Part shown: piece by piece, positions 1 through 10,472 of the stretch
Layout of the letters: every line of letters begins with the position of its first letter
Position numbering within the stretch: position 1 is the first letter of the stretch
Source of the DNA: Trueperaceae bacterium
GTDB taxonomy: Bacteria; Deinococcota; Deinococci; Deinococcales; Trueperaceae
Reading direction: 5' to 3'
NCBI GenBank assembly: GCA_035703635.1
Contig: DASSXV010000027.1
Coordinates: 1 to 54,571, forward strand
DNA length: 54,571 nucleotides
Notes under the pieces: model-generated
Seen by the model: only the letters and a program-made list of their open reading frames with translations
Told to the model about the DNA's origin: nothing
The model's database searches: none
Program-made: the position numbers and the translations under genes

Positions 1-1343
1 CGCCCGAATAGGGCGTCCGACATGAGCACTACATCCACGTCGGCCGCCACGACGTGCGTTAGCACCGAAGCCAAGTCCTCGGTGTAGTAGTAGGTATCGA
101 ACTCCGAATCGCGTGGATACACCTGGTGAAACACGAGGATCAACCAGGTACGCTCCTTAGCCGCCCGGTCGATCAATGCGTTCAAGACGGCTGGAGTGTC
201 GGTCGGCACGACGCTCACCGCGCGTATGCGGTACGGGTCGGCGGGAGGCCACGTCTCCATCCCGTGACTGCGGATGATGGTGCGGCCAGCGGCGAAGTAC
301 TCTCTGACCAGCGCAATCGATGCCTTGTCGAAGCCGCCGTACGGGTAGGCGATCACCTCGGACCCGCGTTGGAACCCTTGGTCCAATAGCCACGTCTTGA
401 CCCCGGCCAGCTCGGCGACTAGGTCGTCGGCCTCCAAGGTGTCGAAGCCGCCGTTCTCGAGGGGTGTGACGTGGTGGGCCATCACTTCCCAACCCGCGAA
501 ACGCTCAGCGACCCTAAGTTGATCAACGGTCATGAAGCTCGGCTGTCCGACGAGGTCGACGATGACGGCGATGCTGGCCTGCAGGCCTAGGCGTTGGGCG
601 AGGGGCAGCGCGAAATCGAAGACGCCGTCGCGGGCGTCGTCGAACACGAGGGAGACTTTCCCGCGCTGGGGCAGCGCGACTGCCTCAAGCGAGTCGAACC
701 AGACGGTCACGGCCCCCGTGCCGTTGTCCTTGATGCTCAACTGCACGTCTGTGACGTTCCTAAGGTCGATGCTGGGGGGAGCATCCGCCACCGTCAAACC
801 TAGACCGGCGGTGATGGTGAACCAACTGTCCTCGTCCCCGTAGGTGTTCGCCGAGTTCAGGCCGCCAACGAGGACCGGGAAGGAGTCGTAGGTCTCGTAG
901 CCGTCGCCGCTCAGGTAGAGCGTGAGGTAATCGAGGTGCGCCAACCCTTTGACTTTCAGGTTCAGCCTCACGAACTGTTGGCTGAGGTCGAGCGGGGCAA
1001 GGCCGCTCGCTCGGAGGTTCACCTGCTGAGCGTCGCCGTCGGTCGAAACCCTGAGGGACCTCGTCCCGATGAGCGCCTGTTCTAGGTCAGGCTCGACGCT
1101 GCCTGCGGTCGACTGCTTTGCGAAGCGTGTGTCCGACTGGAACAGGTCGATGGGCACTCCTGGGCCAGCCACCTGAGCTATGGCGGTGGGCCTAAGGTCA
1201 TGGCGGTAGGCGGTGCCGTCATCGGCGGCCGCCACGGCCGCCAGCATGATGCCCGCCACAGTAGCTACGAACGCTAGGGCGCGGCGCGCCGTAGTGGGAA
1301 ACTTTGAGGTGCTGGTGCGCAGCACTCGAATGCTTGTCTGCAT
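1..1343 (-). CDS. Secreted polysaccharide deacetylase (NodB/CE4 family) with N-terminal beta-rich domain; 3' end runs off the window
   Basis: Absent from the ORF track because there is no stop in the window. Manual translation from ATG 1343 gives MQTSIRV...ALAFVATVAGIMLAAVAAADDG (signal peptide), then SLVFDDARDG, WEVMAHH, IAYPYGG and LILVFHQV, which match CE4 motifs. Confidence 0.85.
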   Translation of the reverse strand, partial: MQTSIRVLRTSTSKFPTTARRALAFVATVAGIMLAAVAAADDGTAYRHDLRPTAIAQVAGPGVPIDLFQSDTRFAKQSTAGSVEPDLEQALIGTRSLRVSTDGDAQQVNLRASGLAPLDLSQQFVRLNLKVKGLAHLDYLTLYLSGDGYETYDSFPVLVGGLNSANTYGDEDSWFTITAGLGLTVADAPPSIDLRNVTDVQLSIKDNGTGAVTVWFDSLEAVALPQRGKVSLVFDDARDGVFDFALPLAQRLGLQASIAVIVDLVGQPSFMTVDQLRVAERFAGWEVMAHHVTPLENGGFDTLEADDLVAELAGVKTWLLDQGFQRGSEVIAYPYGGFDKASIALVREYFAAGRTIIRSHGMETWPPADPYRIRAVSVVPTDTPAVLNALIDRAAKERTWLILVFHQVYPRDSEFDTYYYTEDLASVLTHVVAADVDVVLMSDALFG

Positions 1344-1390
1344 GCGGGCATTATCACCGTAGGTTGCAACAAGCTCAACACCGCTATGCT

Positions 1391-2185
1391 TCAGCGCCGC
1401 CAACGGTAAGGCGTCGTCGTGCTTACCTTGAGGAGCCCAGAGCGTTCCAGAATCGGCCGCGAGTACTCCGTGGAGTCGCTGTTGATCAGCGTCTTGCCAA
1501 GCGCAAGCGCGGACCTGGCACGCGCTGCGGTCAGTGCGCGGTAGATGCCCAGCCCGCGCCACCGCTCATGCGTGGCGCCACCCCAGATTCCGGCGAAGCT
1601 CGTTCCTGGCACGGGCTCTAGCCGCCCGGCCGTGACGACTTTCCCGCCGTGCTCAGCCACCCACAACTCAACGCCGTTATGGAGTGAGAGCCGATGCAGC
1701 ATGTCTTCGGCGATCACCTCAGGGTCGGGGTCGCCGAACACCTCCGCTTGCAGCGTAGTCATGGCGAGTACGTCTGTGGCGGTGGTGACGCGGCGCAACG
1801 TCACGCCTTCCGGCAGCGGCACCTCTACGGCTAACTTCTCTGCTTCGCCAACCATGATCGCTTCAGGCTCCCCAGGGACGAAGCCGCTCTCGATGAGCAC
1901 CTCGTGCAGCCTGGGCGCGAGGTCGTGGCCGCGGGCCTTCCACTCGACGCGGTTGACGTCGCGGGCGGCCATGAAATGAGCGAGGGCCTCTTGTACTAGT
2001 TGCCGAAGCGCGTGCTCGCTCGCTGCGCCAAGGTCGCGATAGGTGATGAACCCGAAGCCGCGCTGGAAGTTGGCGAGGTGGAGAGGGCCGAGTCGAGTAA
2101 CGGCAAGCGCGCCAAGGGTTTCGGGGGCGCCGCGCAGTTGTTCGTCGTACGCGGCGCGCAGCCGCGCGGCCTCGCCGGTCGTCAT
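1391..2185 (-). CDS. GNAT family N-acetyltransferase
   Basis: C-terminal acetyl-CoA motif (GGATHERWRGLGIYRAL...SRPILERSG). ATG 2185 overlaps the upstream stop (TGATG). Confidence 0.85.
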   Translation of the reverse strand: MTTGEAARLRAAYDEQLRGAPETLGALAVTRLGPLHLANFQRGFGFITYRDLGAASEHALRQLVQEALAHFMAARDVNRVEWKARGHDLAPRLHEVLIESGFVPGEPEAIMVGEAEKLAVEVPLPEGVTLRRVTTATDVLAMTTLQAEVFGDPDPEVIAEDMLHRLSLHNGVELWVAEHGGKVVTAGRLEPVPGTSFAGIWGGATHERWRGLGIYRALTAARARSALALGKTLINSDSTEYSRPILERSGLLKVSTTTPYRWRR

Positions 2186-2877
2186 CAAGCCTTGCTTCCA
2201 GACGTCAGCGTCGCAAAAACGCAACTGCCCTGACCTTCCGCCATGCACGAGGTTAAGTGGACGCTCTTGCCAAGAAGCAGCGAGAGGAGCCGCTCGTCGA
2301 AGCGGCAGACGGCGCGGGTTTCCTGCGCCACGTGGTGGTAGACGCAGTTTATCGCCGCGAGTGACTCGCCGTCTTGCGCGACGGCGGCCTTGTAGCCTAG
2401 TTGGTTCATGATCTCGACGACGGCGGTAGTGCGCTCCCGCGCCTCGAGCCTCTCCAGCGCCGGGAGCCAGTTCGCGGCTAGTCCCTCCGCCATCTTCATG
2501 AGCACGTCTTCCGCGGCTTCTTCCCCAACGCGCTGGCGGATGGCGCGGAGCATGGTCAGCGACAGGAGGTCGTAGCGCCTTGGGAACGCTTCCATGCCGT
2601 ACTCCGTTAGGCCGTAAGTGCGACTGGGGCGTCTGCCGCTTGGGCGCAGGCCGTTCTGCGCCACTAGCCCATCGCGCTCGAGTGCCGTGACTTGTTGGCG
2701 CACGGTGTTGCGGGCCACGTTCAAGCGGTCGGCCAGCTCGTCGAGTGTGAGGCCGTCTGGCTTAACACCCAGTAGTTCGTCGAGTAGCGCTTGGCGCGTC
2801 GTCGGCGGTGCACCCAAGGCATCGTCGCCCCGGGGGGTGCCCCCGAGCGCGCTTTTGGGTACCGGTCCCTGCGACAT
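2185..2877 (-). CDS. ArsR/SufR-like winged-HTH regulator with Cys-rich C-terminal sensor domain
   Basis: HTH (LTLDELADRLNVARNTVRQQVTALERDG), GRRPSRTYGLT wing, C-terminal NC-x12-C...C-x7-C. Start set at ATG 2877 (GGAGG upstream); the track's MFHVKQ extension is translated parS. Confidence 0.8.
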   Translation of the reverse strand: MSQGPVPKSALGGTPRGDDALGAPPTTRQALLDELLGVKPDGLTLDELADRLNVARNTVRQQVTALERDGLVAQNGLRPSGRRPSRTYGLTEYGMEAFPRRYDLLSLTMLRAIRQRVGEEAAEDVLMKMAEGLAANWLPALERLEARERTTAVVEIMNQLGYKAAVAQDGESLAAINCVYHHVAQETRAVCRFDERLLSLLLGKSVHLTSCMAEGQGSCVFATLTSGSKA

Positions 2878-2896
2878 GTTCTTCCTCCAGCCTGAT

Positions 2897-2912
2897 TGTT
2901 TCACGTGAAACA
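2897..2912. promoter_or_regulatory. parS: parS centromere-like site (ParB/Spo0J binding)
   Basis: TGTTTCACGTGAAACA is an exact match to the canonical 16-bp parS; it extends to a 22-bp perfect palindrome at 2894-2915. Confidence 0.9.
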
Positions 2913-2959
2913 ATCGCTGACTCTGCGGTGGCAGGGTCTAATCACAGTCTAGCTTCAAC

Positions 2960-2984
2960 AATGACACAAATGACCTGTGTTATT
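2960..2984. promoter_or_regulatory. Candidate operator (imperfect inverted repeat) in the divergent promoter
   Basis: AATGACACA-N7-TGTGTTATT, 8 of 9 positions complementary, AT-rich, between the regulator and the secreted-protein gene. Confidence 0.45.
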
Positions 2985-3066
2985 ACCACCAAGGGTGTAG
3001 CCTCTTCTGGTAAGGGCGCCCCCGAACGAGAGCGCCCTCCGCGAAAGCGGAAAGGAGCCTCAGTCA

Positions 3067-3543
3067 ATGAAGCACTTCCTACGGAATCTGTCAGCAGCTC
3101 CCCTCCTACGGCGATCGGCTGGCGTGGCCGCCACCTTGGCGCTCCTCGCCCTGCCGATGGCCAGCGCGCAGACGGCGGACCTCACGAAGTCGCCGCCTCC
3201 CGCCCCTTACGTTGGCGTCGATACCATCCTCCCACTGCCAGCCTTCATCCCGGGTGCTGGCGCGCTGTTCATCGATCCGGCCGTTGCGCCCAACGGTCCT
3301 TGGCTCGTGTACGGCAAGGACGGCGGCCTGGTCGAGGTCCTCTTCATGATCCCCGTCAGCCAATTGGATAAGGCCGCCAACTGGAGCGACCTAGCCACTG
3401 GCCTGCTAGCCCAGACTGGCATGACCGTTGACCACGTCGACATCACGTACAACGGCGGCCACCCGGGCATGGCGGAACCGCACTATCACATCCGCTTGGT
3501 CCTGGTTGACGCCGCAACCGACAAGGCGCAGCTCAACCCGTAA
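3067..3543 (+). CDS. Secreted TTHB210-like protein
   Basis: Signal peptide ending ASA-Q. FIPGAGALFIDP...GPWLVY...LFMIP...DHVDI...GHPGMAEPHYHIRLVLV resembles Thermus thermophilus TTHB210 as I recall it. AAGGAG RBS. Confidence 0.75.
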   Translation: MKHFLRNLSAAPLLRRSAGVAATLALLALPMASAQTADLTKSPPPAPYVGVDTILPLPAFIPGAGALFIDPAVAPNGPWLVYGKDGGLVEVLFMIPVSQLDKAANWSDLATGLLAQTGMTVDHVDITYNGGHPGMAEPHYHIRLVLVDAATDKAQLNP

Positions 3544-3561
3544 CTTAGTCACCAGGAAGCA

Positions 3562-3603
3562 ACGGCATCGGCACCGCCAAGACGTAGGCGGTGCCGCTGC
3601 CGT
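3562..3603. terminator. GC-rich hairpin between convergent genes
   Basis: ACGGCA-T-CGGCACCGCC / AAGACGTA loop / GGCGGTGCCG-C-TGCCGT; no clear U-tract. Confidence 0.55.
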
Positions 3604-3620
3604 AATGGGAGGCTCAGCCC

Positions 3621-5669
3621 TTAAGGAACCAACGCGACCACGATGTTCACGACGTTGCCGGGGTCGGGCGCGAACACCCCGAACCCTACGTCGATAGTCT
3701 GGATGCCGTACCACTCGCCCGGCTCGCCGAGGACGCCGTTGCCGTTGTCGTCACTACCGACCTCGATTCTCAGTGGGCCAGGAGCGGCGTACAGCAGGGT
3801 GAAGATGCCGTCGGCGTCGAGCATCGCGTCTGGGTAACCGGGGACGCGGAGGATGAGATCGGTGACGGGAACGGGCGGCGGTGGCGGGCTGCCGATGAGC
3901 GCGTCGTACGCCCCCGCCGGGTTGATGAAGCCGTAACCGTACTGCGAGTCGCGCCCTACCGCACCGCGGTCGCTGGCACTATCCTGGATGGCGGCGGCTA
4001 CTTGGGCGGCCGATGCGGTTGGCATGGCGCTGCGCAGCATGGCGATTACGCCAGCGACGGCCGGGGCGGCCATGCTGGTGCCAGTCTCAGGGCCGTAATC
4101 GGGGATCGCGCCGGGGAACGTGACGACGGTGCTTAGCACTCCCTCGGTGAGAGAGCCGCCCGGCGCTGCGATGAACAGCTGCGGCCCAACGTTGCTGTAG
4201 CAGGAGTGCGTCCCGTCTGGATCGGTGGCGGCAACCGCGAGCACCGTCGGATAGGCGGCGGGGTAGTTGACTGGCCGCGGCGCCGGCGGGCACTTGCCGT
4301 TGTCGACGGTGTTGCCGGCCGCCGCCACTAGGCTGATGCCAAGATCGGCTGCCGCAGCGAGCGCATCGCCTACGCCGCTACCGAAGTCACTTGCACCGCC
4401 AAGGCTCATGTTGATGACCTCTGCCCGCGGAGCGCCGTTGTTCGTGACGTACTGGATGGCGTTGATGAGCGTCGAGGTGTTCATGGCACAGTCTGCGAGC
4501 CGCGCGTCGCCAAGGTTCACGAGCAAGAGCTTCGCGTAAGGCGCCACGCCAGCTACGCCCTCGCCGTTGTTGGTCACGGCAGCTGCGATGCCCGCGACGT
4601 GCGTTCCGTGCGTTGCGCAGGCCGCAACCGGCGCCTGGATCGGACCGCCAAGGACGGCGTCGTACGTGCCGACCACGTTGGCGAACAGGTCGGGATGGTG
4701 GGGCATGAAGCCCTGATCGAGCACCGCGATGGTCACGCCACCGCCCCCAGCTACACCCCACAACGGCTCTACGCCAAGCTGGTCGAGGTTCCACTGCTGA
4801 GACCGTAAGGGGTCGTTGCTCGCCGGCTCGAGGAGGCGTGGGAAGTCGACGTAACGCACGCCCGGCGTTGCGCGCAGTGCAGCGGCTGCCGCCTCCGCGC
4901 TGCCGGTCGGCACGGTAACTAGGGTGAGGTTGGCCTCGTCGAACGGGTCGCTTGTGGTGGCTAGGCCGAGGCTAGTCAACGCTGAGGCCACTTCGAGCTT
5001 CGCGCTCTCGAGCCTGGCCCCTGAGACGCCCTCGATCCCGAGAACGACGCCTCTCGGCTCGAGCCCCACTATGAGCGTGGTGGTCTCCAGCGCCTGGAGC
5101 CGGGGGTCTGGAGTGGACGCGGGGGTAATCGGCGCCTCTCGCGAGCTAACGCCAAGCCCTCCGAGCACGCCGAGCGCGTTCGGACCACCTTCGACCACGC
5201 CGTTCACGTCCGGGTAGGAGAAGGTGAACTCTTCGCTGGTCCGCACGATCTGCTTGCCAGCGGCCGTTGCCGTCAAGCGCAGCCTGAACGTTACGGGCAC
5301 GCGCGGCATGGCAGCGGCGTTCACGATGACCGTGGCCGTGCCGGCGCCGTTGCCGCCGCTTGGGGAGGTGGTGAAGCCGCCACTCAGCGTCGTATCGGTC
5401 GGCAGCACTTCGAGGGTCCATGCGCCAGGCGCGGTCACCTGCACTTGGGCTTGGGTGAAGCCGTGCATGACGCGGTTTGGTGCCGCCAGCGTCACTTCTG
5501 GCGGCGGACCCGACTGGAAGCAGCCAGCTAGCAAAGCGAGGGCGATGATGCCGAGCAGCGCAGGTAAGCGCCGCCCGCGCCGCGGCAGCACGCTCGAGGG
5601 CCGCGTGCGCCTAGCGGTCACGCCAGTAGTCGGATTAGCGTCCCTTTTCATGGTCGGTGCTCCGTTCAC
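3621..5669 (-). CDS. S8 (subtilisin-like) serine protease, probable lipoprotein
   Basis: Lipobox LLAGC; catalytic motifs VAVLD-like (IAVLDQG), HGTHVAG, GTSMAAP; oxyanion AAGN. Start may be ATG 5651. Confidence 0.92.
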   Translation of the reverse strand: MNGAPTMKRDANPTTGVTARRTRPSSVLPRRGRRLPALLGIIALALLAGCFQSGPPPEVTLAAPNRVMHGFTQAQVQVTAPGAWTLEVLPTDTTLSGGFTTSPSGGNGAGTATVIVNAAAMPRVPVTFRLRLTATAAGKQIVRTSEEFTFSYPDVNGVVEGGPNALGVLGGLGVSSREAPITPASTPDPRLQALETTTLIVGLEPRGVVLGIEGVSGARLESAKLEVASALTSLGLATTSDPFDEANLTLVTVPTGSAEAAAAALRATPGVRYVDFPRLLEPASNDPLRSQQWNLDQLGVEPLWGVAGGGGVTIAVLDQGFMPHHPDLFANVVGTYDAVLGGPIQAPVAACATHGTHVAGIAAAVTNNGEGVAGVAPYAKLLLVNLGDARLADCAMNTSTLINAIQYVTNNGAPRAEVINMSLGGASDFGSGVGDALAAAADLGISLVAAAGNTVDNGKCPPAPRPVNYPAAYPTVLAVAATDPDGTHSCYSNVGPQLFIAAPGGSLTEGVLSTVVTFPGAIPDYGPETGTSMAAPAVAGVIAMLRSAMPTASAAQVAAAIQDSASDRGAVGRDSQYGYGFINPAGAYDALIGSPPPPPVPVTDLILRVPGYPDAMLDADGIFTLLYAAPGPLRIEVGSDDNGNGVLGEPGEWYGIQTIDVGFGVFAPDPGNVVNIVVALVP

Positions 5670-5767
5670 GCCGTACCCACGTGCCGCGAAGTGCCTGGGG
5701 TGCGGCGGTTTGAACCGTGATATCGCACCTGCCGGCGTTCACCGTGACAGGTAGATGAACTCAGTCT

Positions 5768-7438
5768 TCACCTTTCGGTGGTCGAGCGTCCGCGCAACTC
5801 CCCTAGGTGAGCGAGTAGCCCAGTCGTGGACGCGTCATGCGCGCCCGGAGCCGCCGTTCCGGCCTTCACCTCGCCGAGGAGCCGCGTCGCGAGTTCCTTG
5901 CCGAGCTCGACGCCCATCTGATCGAACGAGTTGACGTCCCACACCACGCCCTGCGTGAAGATGGCGTGCTCGTAAAGCGCGATCAGGTTACCCAGCGCAT
6001 GTGGGGTGAGTTGCGGCATGAGGATCGAGGTGGTCGGACGGTTGCCGGGGAACGACTTGGCGGCCGTCAGCAACTCGAGCCGCTCGGCCGGTGCGCCCTG
6101 CTCCTCGAGCAGCGCGCGCGTTTCGGCCGGGCTGCGGCCGAGCATGAGGGCCTCGGTCTGGGCGAGGTAGTTGGCGAGGAGGATGTCGTGGTGTTCCGTG
6201 AGGTGGTGCCACGGGCGTGCCGGGGCGATGAAGTCCGCGGGAATCAGCTTCGTGCCCTGATGGAGTAGTTGGTAGTAAGCGTGCTGGCCGTCCGTGCCAG
6301 GGGAACCCCAGATGACGGCGCCTGTCTGCCAACTGACTGGCCCGCCCGCTAAGTCGACGTCCTTGCCGTTCGACTCCATGAACGCCTGCTGCAAGTAACT
6401 AGGGAGGTAACGCAGCGACTCGTCGTACGGCAGCACGGCCGAGCTCTGTGCGCCGAAGAAGTTGCCGTACCAGACGCCTAGCATGCCCATTAGCAGCGGG
6501 GCGTTGTGCGCCGGCTCGGCCTCGTAGAAGTGCCGGTCCATCTCGTAGGCGCCTTCGAGGAGCTCGACGAAGCGCTCATACCCGACGGCCAAGGCGATGG
6601 AAAGGCCGATGGCCGACCACAGCGAGTAGCGACCGCCGACCCAATCCCAGAACGCGAACACGTTGTCTGGCGCGATGCCGAACTCCGCCACCTTGGGGAG
6701 GTTCGTCGAGACGGCCACGAAGTGCTTCGCGACCGCCTCCTCGCTCTTCAGGTGCTCGACGAGCCAGCGCCGCGCCGTGTGCGCGTTCGTCATAGTCTCC
6801 TGCGTCGTGAACGTCTTGGAGGAGATGATGAACATGGTCGATTCCGGGCGCAGTCCGGCCAGCACGTTGGTCATCGCGGCGCCATCGATGTTCGAGACGA
6901 AGTGCGCGTCTAGCGCGTCCGTCATGTACGGCCGCAGCGCCGTTACGACCATCTGCGGCCCGAGGTGCGAACCGCCGATGCCGACGTTGACTACGTCTGT
7001 GATGCGCTCGCCCGTGTGACCGCGCCACTCGCCTTGCCGAACGGCGGAGGAGAAGCGCTGCATCTGCGCCAGCACGGCATCGACTTCCGGCATCACGTCC
7101 TTGCCGTCCACGTACATGGGGGCGTCGCTGCGGTTGCGCAGCGCCACATGCAAGACGGGCCGATTCTCGGTCGTGTTTATGCGTTCGCCTGCGAACATGG
7201 CGCGCTTACGCTCCGAGACGCCGCTCGCCTCCGCTAGGGCGGTCAGCAACTCGACGGTCTCGTCCGTGATCCGGTTCTTGCTCAAGTCGATGAACAGCTC
7301 GCCTGCCTGCAGGGAGAGGCGCTCGAAGCGTTGAGGGTCACCCGCGAACAGGTCCTTGAGTTGAACTCTCTCGAGCAGGCGCTGGTGGTGGCGCAACGCT
7401 TCCCAGGCGTCGCTGCTCCGTTCGGGATGACCTGCCAT
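5768..7438 (-). CDS. pgi: Glucose-6-phosphate isomerase
   Basis: [36 protein letters not shown] motifs. Confidence 0.97.
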   Translation of the reverse strand: MAGHPERSSDAWEALRHHQRLLERVQLKDLFAGDPQRFERLSLQAGELFIDLSKNRITDETVELLTALAEASGVSERKRAMFAGERINTTENRPVLHVALRNRSDAPMYVDGKDVMPEVDAVLAQMQRFSSAVRQGEWRGHTGERITDVVNVGIGGSHLGPQMVVTALRPYMTDALDAHFVSNIDGAAMTNVLAGLRPESTMFIISSKTFTTQETMTNAHTARRWLVEHLKSEEAVAKHFVAVSTNLPKVAEFGIAPDNVFAFWDWVGGRYSLWSAIGLSIALAVGYERFVELLEGAYEMDRHFYEAEPAHNAPLLMGMLGVWYGNFFGAQSSAVLPYDESLRYLPSYLQQAFMESNGKDVDLAGGPVSWQTGAVIWGSPGTDGQHAYYQLLHQGTKLIPADFIAPARPWHHLTEHHDILLANYLAQTEALMLGRSPAETRALLEEQGAPAERLELLTAAKSFPGNRPTTSILMPQLTPHALGNLIALYEHAIFTQGVVWDVNSFDQMGVELGKELATRLLGEVKAGTAAPGAHDASTTGLLAHLGELRGRSTTER

Positions 7439-7441
7439 GAG

Positions 7442-8500
<1,059 letters not shown>

Positions 8501-8523
8501 CCGCCCAGGTTAGCCCGTACCCG

Positions 8524-9015
8524 TCAGGCGTCGGCGCTCAAGCGCCCAGCGGCCGCGGCCGCCTTACCGCCCGTCTGGCTGCGCGGCGGGTCGATGAGGT
8601 GCGACAGCCGCACGCCGGAGAGAACCTCACGAATCGCGATGGACGCGTTGACCCAGGCGACGTTGAGGCGGCAGAAGCCCTTGCGCTCTTGGGTGGCGCA
8701 GCGGGTCTTCGTCTGGCAGGTGTCAACGACGAGGGGGCCTGACATGGTCTCGACGACGTCGAGCAAGGAGACGTCCTCTGGGTCGATCAGGAGGGTTACC
8801 CCGCCATTGCGTCCCTGGCGGTTCTCAACGTACTCGGCCTGCGCTAGCCGCCGCAGGACCTTCGCGAGGAAGGCGGGGGGCATCTTGAGGTCGAGTGCGA
8901 TCTTGGCGGCCGCCGCGCCGGGGTGCTCCGCAGCGTAGATGAGCGCATGGATCGCGTAGCTCTCCTCCTTGCGGAGGACGGTGCGGTACGGGGAATCTGC
9001 AATTGGGTCGGCCAC
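8524..9015 (-). CDS. nsrR: Rrf2-family regulator, NsrR-like
   Basis: EESYAIHAL, PPAFLAKVL, GRNGGV and three Cys (C-x5-C-x8-C); divergent from nirK. Start at GTG 9015 is supported by TACCGT 6 nt upstream. The symbol is inferred from context and recalled similarity to Thermus NsrR. Confidence 0.75.
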   Translation of the reverse strand: MADPIADSPYRTVLRKEESYAIHALIYAAEHPGAAAAKIALDLKMPPAFLAKVLRRLAQAEYVENRQGRNGGVTLLIDPEDVSLLDVVETMSGPLVVDTCQTKTRCATQERKGFCRLNVAWVNASIAIREVLSGVRLSHLIDPPRSQTGGKAAAAAGRLSADA

Positions 9016-9233
9016 GACATAACGGTAGCAGGAAACAAGGACTCCTGCATCCAGGTAAACAGCGGGCACACACGCGCCGTCTAGGATGGAGGTTAATCGG
9101 CTAACCTGAGCCAGCCGATTAGGACATCTGTCCTTGGTGTCTTCCACCAGCCAGAGCTAACTTGGAGTCACACATCCGGGTTTGGTGGTGACCCTCGCCA
9201 CCGAAACGAGAACGGATCCAGAAGGAGCTAACA

Positions 9234-10403
9234 ATGCGAGACAAGCGAGGAAACGTACCCCTAGGAGCCATATACGCCATCGCTGCAGTCATAGTCGCGC
9301 TCGCAGTCGGCGTCGCACTCTTCGGCAGCCGGGTAGTGGCCGCCACGAGCCCAAACACGGCCGCAAGCCACGCCCACGACTTGACCATCAACCAACCCGA
9401 TTTCGCGCCAACTGTCCTCACCGACCCGGAGGACCTCCTCCCAGTCGAAGAACTACCGGTAGTCAAGGGCGTCCTGGGCTACGCACCTAACGTCGCGCCG
9501 CCGGTTGACCGCGACTTCCGCGCCCACGTCGAGGTCGAACTCGAAACGACTGAGGAAGTGCTGCGCCTTGCGGACGGCGTCGAATACCGCTTCTGGACCT
9601 TCGGCGGTTCCGTCCCAGGACCCATGATCCGCGTTCGCCACGGCGACTACGTCACCTTCACGCTGCAGAACCACCCGACTAGCCTCATGCCGCACAACAT
9701 CGACCTGCACGCCGTAACCGGCCAGGGCGGCGGCGCAGAGGCCACCCTCATCTCCCCTGGGCAGCAGGCGACCTTCTCCTTCACGGCCCTCCACCCCGGC
9801 GTGTACATCTACCACTGCGCCACCGCGCCGGTCGGCATGCACATCGCCAACGGCATGTACGGCCTCATCGTCGTCGAGCCGAAGGGCGGCTACGAACCCG
9901 TCGACAAGGAGTTCTACGTCGTACAGGGCGACTTCTACACCAAGGGTGACTTCGGGGAGCGCGGCCTCCAGGACTTCGACATGCAGCGCGCCATCGACGA
10001 AGACGCCGCCTACGTAGTGTTCAACGGCTCCGTCGGCTCACTGGTCGGCGAGAACGCCCTCTTCGCAGACGTCGGCGACAAGGTCCGCATCTTCTTCGGC
10101 AACGGCGGCCCGAACCTCACGAGCTCCTTCCACGTCATCGGCGAGATCTTCGACACCGTCAACGTAGAAGGCGGGCGCCTCATCAACCACGACGTGCAGA
10201 CCACCAGCGTGCCGGCAGGCGGGGCCGTGATGGTCGAGTTCGGAGTCAACGTCCCCGGCACCTACAACCTCGTAGACCACGCCATCTTCAGGGCGTTCAA
10301 CAAGGGCGCGGTAGGTCAGCTGGTAGTAGTCGGCGAGAAGGACCCAGCGGTCTTCACCGAACGCACCGACATCCGCCCGTACAACCCCGCGGCCGACCAG
10401 TAA
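9234..10403 (+). CDS. nirK: Copper-containing nitrite reductase (AniA-like) with N-terminal membrane/signal segment
   Basis: PHNIDLHAVTG, YHCATAPVGMHIANGMYG, SSFHVIGEIFD and LVDHAIFRA supply the type 1 and type 2 Cu ligands. AAGGAG RBS. Confidence 0.95.
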   Translation: MRDKRGNVPLGAIYAIAAVIVALAVGVALFGSRVVAATSPNTAASHAHDLTINQPDFAPTVLTDPEDLLPVEELPVVKGVLGYAPNVAPPVDRDFRAHVEVELETTEEVLRLADGVEYRFWTFGGSVPGPMIRVRHGDYVTFTLQNHPTSLMPHNIDLHAVTGQGGGAEATLISPGQQATFSFTALHPGVYIYHCATAPVGMHIANGMYGLIVVEPKGGYEPVDKEFYVVQGDFYTKGDFGERGLQDFDMQRAIDEDAAYVVFNGSVGSLVGENALFADVGDKVRIFFGNGGPNLTSSFHVIGEIFDTVNVEGGRLINHDVQTTSVPAGGAVMVEFGVNVPGTYNLVDHAIFRAFNKGAVGQLVVVGEKDPAVFTERTDIRPYNPAADQ

Positions 10404-10414
10404 CCGCAAGTTAG

Positions 10415-10447
10415 GGCGCGGCGCCTCCCGCAAGTGGGCGCCGCGCC
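10415..10447 (+). terminator. Intercistronic hairpin after nirK (mRNA stabiliser or attenuator)
   Basis: GGCGCGGCGCC / 11-nt loop / GGCGCCGCGCC; no U-tract. Confidence 0.55.
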
Positions 10448-10472
10448 AGCCTAAGGAAGGAGGCAGCCAAGC

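Noticed and set aside
2878-2913. N-terminal extension MFHVKQ... of the regulator in the ORF track
   Set aside because: It is the translated parS palindrome; ATG 2877 has a proper RBS.
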